Origin: Pedosphaera sp.
GTDB lineage: Bacteria > Verrucomicrobiota > Verrucomicrobiia > Limisphaerales > SIBH01
Reading direction: 5' to 3'
NCBI GenBank assembly: GCA_031414955.1
Contig: JANOQV010000083.1
Location: forward strand, 1-11,169
Length of the DNA: 11,169 bases
Part shown: in pieces, positions 6,585-11,169 of the stretch
Numbering within the stretch: position 1 is the first letter of the stretch
Layout: every line of letters starts with the position of its first letter
Made by a program: the position numbers and the translations under genes
The notes under the pieces: model-generated
Told to the model about the DNA's origin: nothing
The model's input: only the letters and a program-made list of their open reading frames with translations
The model's database searches: none

Positions 6585-7709
6585 TCAATCTGCACTCTCG
6601 GCCGCTTGGCGCAATGCAAGGAACGCTTCCTTCAACGCCTGACTGACCGCGCTGTCCGCTTCTTGAAGAACAAGAACTTGGTATTGGTCGAGAAAATCCT
6701 TCCGCAGACGATGAAACAGATGCAGGAAGTGCCGCAGGAATCCGATGCAATCCAGAATCGCGATTTCAACGCCACCCGTTTCGTCATACTTCGAGCGGGC
6801 ATATTCGCGGATGTCGTCTGCGACCGACTCGGTTGAAATGAAGATGTAGTTTTGAACGTGCTTTCCTTGGGCGGCAATTTTCTGGAGCGCACGGTCAATG
6901 TCGCTACGCTGCACCGCCTTGTTCTTCATCTCATAGCTCGTCACCACTTTGTCCTCGCCGAGCAGCGTGATTTGAACGTCGCCCACCGCTCCGGTCTGTT
7001 CATCGGCGGCGTTGTGAGCGGTGAGATTGAGCACACGCTCGCCGAGTCGCGTTTTTGCCGATTCGTAAGCGGCAGCAACAATCAAGACCAGCAGACGACT
7101 CGAACCTTTGCAGCGCAGATGCTGCTCAATCAGATTCACAGTGTCTTCGGATGAGAGCGGAAGCGCACCAACGACACGACCGACGCCCGAGAGCAAAGTC
7201 TTCAGTCGAACTTTCCGCGCATCACGTTCGAGCAGCAACAATCGAATGGACTCATCCAAGACATCCTTGGCCGAGACTCGACCAGCCCGCACATCGTCCA
7301 AAAGCTCCAAAGCATCGTGATACATCACCATCGGACGCCCCACCAAAACAACTTTGATTGTCAGCGTTTGGTCCATGTTCCGCAGCGTCGGCGTGAGAAA
7401 CGCGGTGGTGGAATTGCAGGGAAGATTGTGGCGCGTGATGAAGTCGCCGATGAATTGCTCGTCGTAACTGCGGCCAGAGAAACAATCCTTGCTACCAATT
7501 TTCGTGTAGGGCTTGCGTGGGTCAATTTCCGGGCGATGTGCTTTCGCCAACATACAAGCCAAGATTAGCCGCACGCCCGCGCGATTACTCGGACAGTTGA
7601 CGACCGAAACGACACGCGCGGCGATTTCCTCGTCGTGAATAAACGAATGGCCGAGATTCTTTTGAGCGCGCTTTAGCGCAGCCTCAAGCAGTGGCGAACA
7701 GTTCTCCAT
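6585..7709 (-). CDS. Type II restriction endonuclease, probably SacI-like
   Basis: Downstream of and overlapping the MTase; AADEQTGAVGDVQI...SYEMK PD-(D/E)xK motif; NRAGVRLILACMLAK and GRSYDE N-terminal motifs; likely start ATG 7709. Confidence 0.75.
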   Translation of the reverse strand: MENCSPLLEAALKRAQKNLGHSFIHDEEIAARVVSVVNCPSNRAGVRLILACMLAKAHRPEIDPRKPYTKIGSKDCFSGRSYDEQFIGDFITRHNLPCNSTTAFLTPTLRNMDQTLTIKVVLVGRPMVMYHDALELLDDVRAGRVSAKDVLDESIRLLLLERDARKVRLKTLLSGVGRVVGALPLSSEDTVNLIEQHLRCKGSSRLLVLIVAAAYESAKTRLGERVLNLTAHNAADEQTGAVGDVQITLLGEDKVVTSYEMKNKAVQRSDIDRALQKIAAQGKHVQNYIFISTESVADDIREYARSKYDETGGVEIAILDCIGFLRHFLHLFHRLRKDFLDQYQVLVLQEADSAVSQALKEAFLALRQAAESAD

Positions 7710-8709
7710 GGGATTTGCCGTTGCGTTTGATTTTTTGTGGGTTGTAATTTGTCCAGAGAATCTCCACGCGCTTGTCTTTCGTCGAATGGTTCGTGCGTTC
7801 TGGTGAAACCGTCTTGTGCCATTTCGGAGCAGGATAAAGCTGGTCAAGGATTCCAGCCTGATAATTCGAGAAAGCCACCATGCCTTGAACCGCGTTAAGA
7901 ACTTCCGCGAGTTCCTTGTGCTGCGCGTCGGTCATTTCAAATCCGTAAGCCTTCGAGTCGCCGCGCGTCGAGTGGACATAAGGCGGGTCGCAGTAAAATA
8001 GCGTGACCGGTGAATCGTAGAGGCGAATGATATTCGCAGCGGGACGGTTTTCGATTTGAACGCGGAGCAACCGTTCCGCCACCGCAGGCAAATCTTTTAC
8101 TGATCCAAGCCACCGGCTGATGACACCGCTCATGCCGGCGCGGCTTGTGTTCTTACAGTTGGCCCAACGACCGATGGTAGCAGTCTGCGCCAGTCCCGTT
8201 CGGACTTGCCGGGCGCGAACAAAAAAACGGCGGGCACGCTCCAAAGCTGTCAAATCGGGGCTGACTTCACAGGCAATCGCAAATTCTTCGCGCGCGAACG
8301 GAGTCAAACCGATGGCCTCAATCAGCCGTTGCTTTTCCTCGCGGAGAACGCGGAAGAAATTTACCACTTCGCCGTCGAGATCGTTGAACGTTTCCACTGG
8401 CGACGGCTCGCGATTGAGCAGCACCGCACCCGACCCGGCGAACGGCTCGCAATAATGATGACAATCGGGAAGCAACGGCAGCAGCCAGTCGAGATGCGAG
8501 AACTTTCCGCCATACCAGCCGAACGGAATAAGTTTTTTTCTTTCCGTGAGACGAGCGACAGGTGGCGGCACTGTCCGTCCGTGCCGCAAAACATCACCAT
8601 TGACGCGATACGGCGGCGCGTCTTCGCGCAAAACCATTGCCTCCGCCTTTTGCTTGGGGCGACTACGAGACGGGCGAACTTGCTTTCGCATTGTTGGAGT
8701 TTTTTTCAT
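7684..8709 (-). CDS. DNA adenine methyltransferase (Dam/D12 class)
   Basis: FGWYGGKFSHL, YCEPFAGSGAV (motif I), NDLDGEVVNFF, FYCDPPY (motif IV), EILWTNY; start uncertain. Confidence 0.95.
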   Translation of the reverse strand: MKKTPTMRKQVRPSRSRPKQKAEAMVLREDAPPYRVNGDVLRHGRTVPPPVARLTERKKLIPFGWYGGKFSHLDWLLPLLPDCHHYCEPFAGSGAVLLNREPSPVETFNDLDGEVVNFFRVLREEKQRLIEAIGLTPFAREEFAIACEVSPDLTALERARRFFVRARQVRTGLAQTATIGRWANCKNTSRAGMSGVISRWLGSVKDLPAVAERLLRVQIENRPAANIIRLYDSPVTLFYCDPPYVHSTRGDSKAYGFEMTDAQHKELAEVLNAVQGMVAFSNYQAGILDQLYPAPKWHKTVSPERTNHSTKDKRVEILWTNYNPQKIKRNGKSHGELFATA

Positions 8710-8710
8710 G

Positions 8711-9460
8711 TCACACTTCATCGGGCAAATCTTGGTCGGTTTTGCACTGGGGCGTGCGTTCGTGCCAAACTTTTTGCAGCAACTTTTCTTGCACATCCAT
8801 GACAAGTTCGAGTTCAAGGCCGATGTCCTGGTAATTTTGCACCAGAACCACACCGCCACGACTGGTTAGCATAACCGGATGCCGCACTCCGTTGTGCATC
8901 CACGGGATCGTAACGTTTGAAAGATCGGCAACCTGCTGCAAGTTCTTGAACAAGCTATCATCTTGAATTTGATTTCCCGACAGTCCCACCGATTGCACTC
9001 GGCTTGACGCGCCACGAAACCACGCTCCGAGATATTCGCTGTTTAATTTTAAGACCGCGCCGAAGTCGAGTTCGACCTCAATCAATTCGATGCCACAAAG
9101 TTTAGCTTTGAGAAGACCGAGAACGCCACTGCACACTTTTTTCGGCGCTTGAAAAATCATGAGATTGCGGCCTTTGTGAAAATATGCGGGGAAATCTACT
9201 GGTTGCAGGTATTCGATGAATTGAATTTTTTCACGCTTTGAGCCGACAAGCGTTTTGATAAAGCCGACTGTTTGATGGCGGATTTCACTCTTAATTCGTA
9301 AGAGGTCGAGATCACCCTCGTAATTTTCAGCCTCGACGGTGATTACTGTATCCACGTCTTCGTTTTCACCTGAAAACGTCATTTGCACTTGATTCCTCAG
9401 AGACTTCCCCACGGCAGGCTTCTGGAAATCCTTCACCAGATAGAATTGGAAAGGTTTCAT
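8711..9460 (-). CDS. Hypothetical protein (249 aa)
   Basis: Clean ORF, ATGA overlap with the upstream gene, abuts the MTase; low GC. Confidence 0.85.
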   Translation of the reverse strand: MKPFQFYLVKDFQKPAVGKSLRNQVQMTFSGENEDVDTVITVEAENYEGDLDLLRIKSEIRHQTVGFIKTLVGSKREKIQFIEYLQPVDFPAYFHKGRNLMIFQAPKKVCSGVLGLLKAKLCGIELIEVELDFGAVLKLNSEYLGAWFRGASSRVQSVGLSGNQIQDDSLFKNLQQVADLSNVTIPWMHNGVRHPVMLTSRGGVVLVQNYQDIGLELELVMDVQEKLLQKVWHERTPQCKTDQDLPDEV

Positions 9461-10248
9461 GTATTCCTTTCAACAGGCAGAGCTTTTAAGCTCACGACAG
9501 TCCTCAAAGCTTCAAAAAGGTCAGGCAGGTTTTGGCTTTCAATGTTGACGTGATTTTTCCCCGCCTCGACGCGGCACGACGAGTTGGCGTCCAGACGAAA
9601 AGTGACTTGAAAATTTTGAAGCATTTCAGGTTGCACCCGATTCACAAACAGCCCGTAGTAAGGATTTTTGTCCCGCTCGTCAAAGCTCACCACAAGCCCG
9701 CACTGCACCGCGTTTGGTTTGGCCAACCGTGCAACATTGTCGGCAAGACTCGCCAACCGTTTTCGGAAATGGTCGTAGAGATGCGAAGGCACAATCAGTT
9801 TTTGCTCGAAATCCATGTATAGACGCTGCTCGTCCAGGCGAAACCGAATGACGAAAAGCTCGTCGAGCGCAACGCTCAGAGTCGTCGGCGTCATTTCCCG
9901 GCGTTGAGGCACACCATGCTTGCCATCGGCAAGCATCTGCCAGATTTCGTCAAGAAGAGTTGCACGAACTGACCCAGAATCGAGTGTCATAGCGACGTGC
10001 GGTTGCCAATATGTGTGAGTGCGAGCGAGCCGCAGCCGTATTCGATTCACAAACAGATGAAACGCAAGATTCCGGTGATAGAGGAAATTCAAAGCAGTTG
10101 TGTAAACGGCAAAGGCGACGGAAAAAACCGACACAACACCGGGGTAGCGACTCTGCGAATGGAGGATCACATCATTAAGTGAAACGCCACCCCACAAAAG
10201 GAAGGCGATCACTGCGACGTGGGCGATGATGATCCAAAAGATTTTCAT
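9457..10248 (-). CDS. Hypothetical membrane protein with two N-terminal TM helices (263 aa)
   Basis: IFWIIIAHVAVIAFLLWGGV and VVSVFSVAFAVYTTALNFLY hydrophobic segments followed by a soluble domain. Confidence 0.85.
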   Translation of the reverse strand: MKIFWIIIAHVAVIAFLLWGGVSLNDVILHSQSRYPGVVSVFSVAFAVYTTALNFLYHRNLAFHLFVNRIRLRLARTHTYWQPHVAMTLDSGSVRATLLDEIWQMLADGKHGVPQRREMTPTTLSVALDELFVIRFRLDEQRLYMDFEQKLIVPSHLYDHFRKRLASLADNVARLAKPNAVQCGLVVSFDERDKNPYYGLFVNRVQPEMLQNFQVTFRLDANSSCRVEAGKNHVNIESQNLPDLFEALRTVVSLKALPVERNT

Positions 10249-10308
10249 CTGTGCATTCCGCTACGTTTCATAAACCATAAATTTGAGGCGTGAGCAATGA
10301 TTTCCATT

Positions 10309-10365
10309 TCACGCTTTGGCGTAAAGCTCGTTTCCCTTCTCGGCAAACTCTTTGGATTTTTCTTG
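10309..10365 (-). pseudogene. thiC: Probable thiC extreme 3'-end remnant
   Basis: Reads QEKSKEFAEKGNELYAKA*, resembling the ThiC C-terminus (EKS.EF...G.E.Y); only 18 codons, recognised from memory. Confidence 0.55.
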
Positions 10366-10373
10366 GAAAAATT

Positions 10374-11168
10374 TCACGCCCGCCGCTCTTTGATGCCCGC
10401 CAGAATATCCGCCACGACCTCCCCCTTCGGCTTCGCGCCTTGCGGGCCGCCGTGATGGAGTCGCACGCTCACCGCGCCGGCTTCCATGTCGCGCCCGCCG
10501 ATGACCAGCATCGTGTGGACGCGCAATTGTTCCGCGTTGGAAATCTTCGCCTTGAACGGCGTGGCGCTGAAATCCGAGTCCACGCGCACCATGTTCGCGC
10601 GCAGTTCGGCCACGATGGGCTTGGCGTAGTTGATCAACGCTTCGTCGTCGTTGAGCGTGATGACGCGCACCTGATCCGGCGCGAGCCAGAGCGGGAAGTT
10701 GCCCGCGTAATGCTCGATGAGAAAGCCGATGAACCGCTCGTGCGTGCCGAGCGGCGCGCGATGGATGCACAACGGCGTCTTGTTCGAGTTGTCCTTGTCG
10801 CGGTAGGTCAGGCCGAACTTGGCGGGCACGGCGAAGTCCACCTGGTTCGTGGCGATGGTGAACTCGCGCCCGATGGCGCTCCACACCTGGACGTCAATCT
10901 TCGGCCCGTAAAACGCCGCCTCGTTGGCGACCTCCACGTAGTTGATGCCCGATTCGATCAACACCTTGCGCACCATGTCCTCGGTTTTCTTCCACAACTC
11001 CGGTTCGTTGACGTATTTCTTGCCAAGTCCTTCCGCCGCGTGCGTGCTGAAGCGCATCTGATATTTTTCCAGGCCGAAGATTTTGAAATACTTCAGATAC
11101 ATGTCGTTCACGGCGCGGAACTCGTCGGCGAACTGCTCCTCGGTGCAATAGATGTGGGCGTCGTTCAT
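10374..11168 (-). CDS. thrS: Threonine--tRNA ligase, 3' portion; starts beyond window
   Basis: MNDAHIYC, EAAFYGPKID, IHRAPLGTHERFIGFLIEHYAGNFPLWLAP, anticodon-binding domain. Confidence 0.98.
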   Translation of the reverse strand: MNDAHIYCTEEQFADEFRAVNDMYLKYFKIFGLEKYQMRFSTHAAEGLGKKYVNEPELWKKTEDMVRKVLIESGINYVEVANEAAFYGPKIDVQVWSAIGREFTIATNQVDFAVPAKFGLTYRDKDNSNKTPLCIHRAPLGTHERFIGFLIEHYAGNFPLWLAPDQVRVITLNDDEALINYAKPIVAELRANMVRVDSDFSATPFKAKISNAEQLRVHTMLVIGGRDMEAGAVSVRLHHGGPQGAKPKGEVVADILAGIKERRA

Positions 11169-11169
11169 G

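Noticed and set aside
6002..6619. 205-aa ORF as a stand-alone ThrRS-domain protein
   Set aside because: Its N-terminus is borrowed from the REase end and spacer, and the anticodon domain is disrupted by the insertion at 6019-6060
6606..10182. Plus-strand and alternate-frame ORFs overlapping the RM operon
   Set aside because: Shadow ORFs of well-supported minus-strand genes with no recognisable motifs
772..10373. Classical integron, prophage, IS or CRISPR array
   Set aside because: No integrase, transposase, phage or cas gene; no attC-like boxes or short regularly spaced repeats were seen

Overview
The window lies between two convergent housekeeping genes: the 3' part of lysS (+, 1..771) and the 3' part of thrS (-, 10374..11168). 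The host is probably a Verrucomicrobiota bacterium, inferred from the REP-like elements and a secreted-protein C-terminal motif. The ~9.6 kb between them is a two-sided cassette array. Accessory genes (a possible HhH glycosylase, VapBC, a RelE-type TA pair, DUF4258-remnant/DUF2283, a secreted protein, an orphan ORF, and a Dam-type MTase + SacI-like REase operon with two unknown genes) alternate with degenerate direct copies of the 3' end of the neighbouring synthetase gene. There are three lysS copies on the left and three thrS copies on the right, fused at a microhomology near 3785-3789. No integrase or transposase is visible. Other features: synonymous recoding of the active lysS tail, lesions shared among the repeat copies, compact leaderless-type promoters in three cassettes, two different REP-like elements at the same thrS-repeat site, and a probable thiC 3'-end remnant ahead of the RM operon. 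Together these suggest a gene-capture/exchange system that uses conserved gene 3' ends as recombination anchors.
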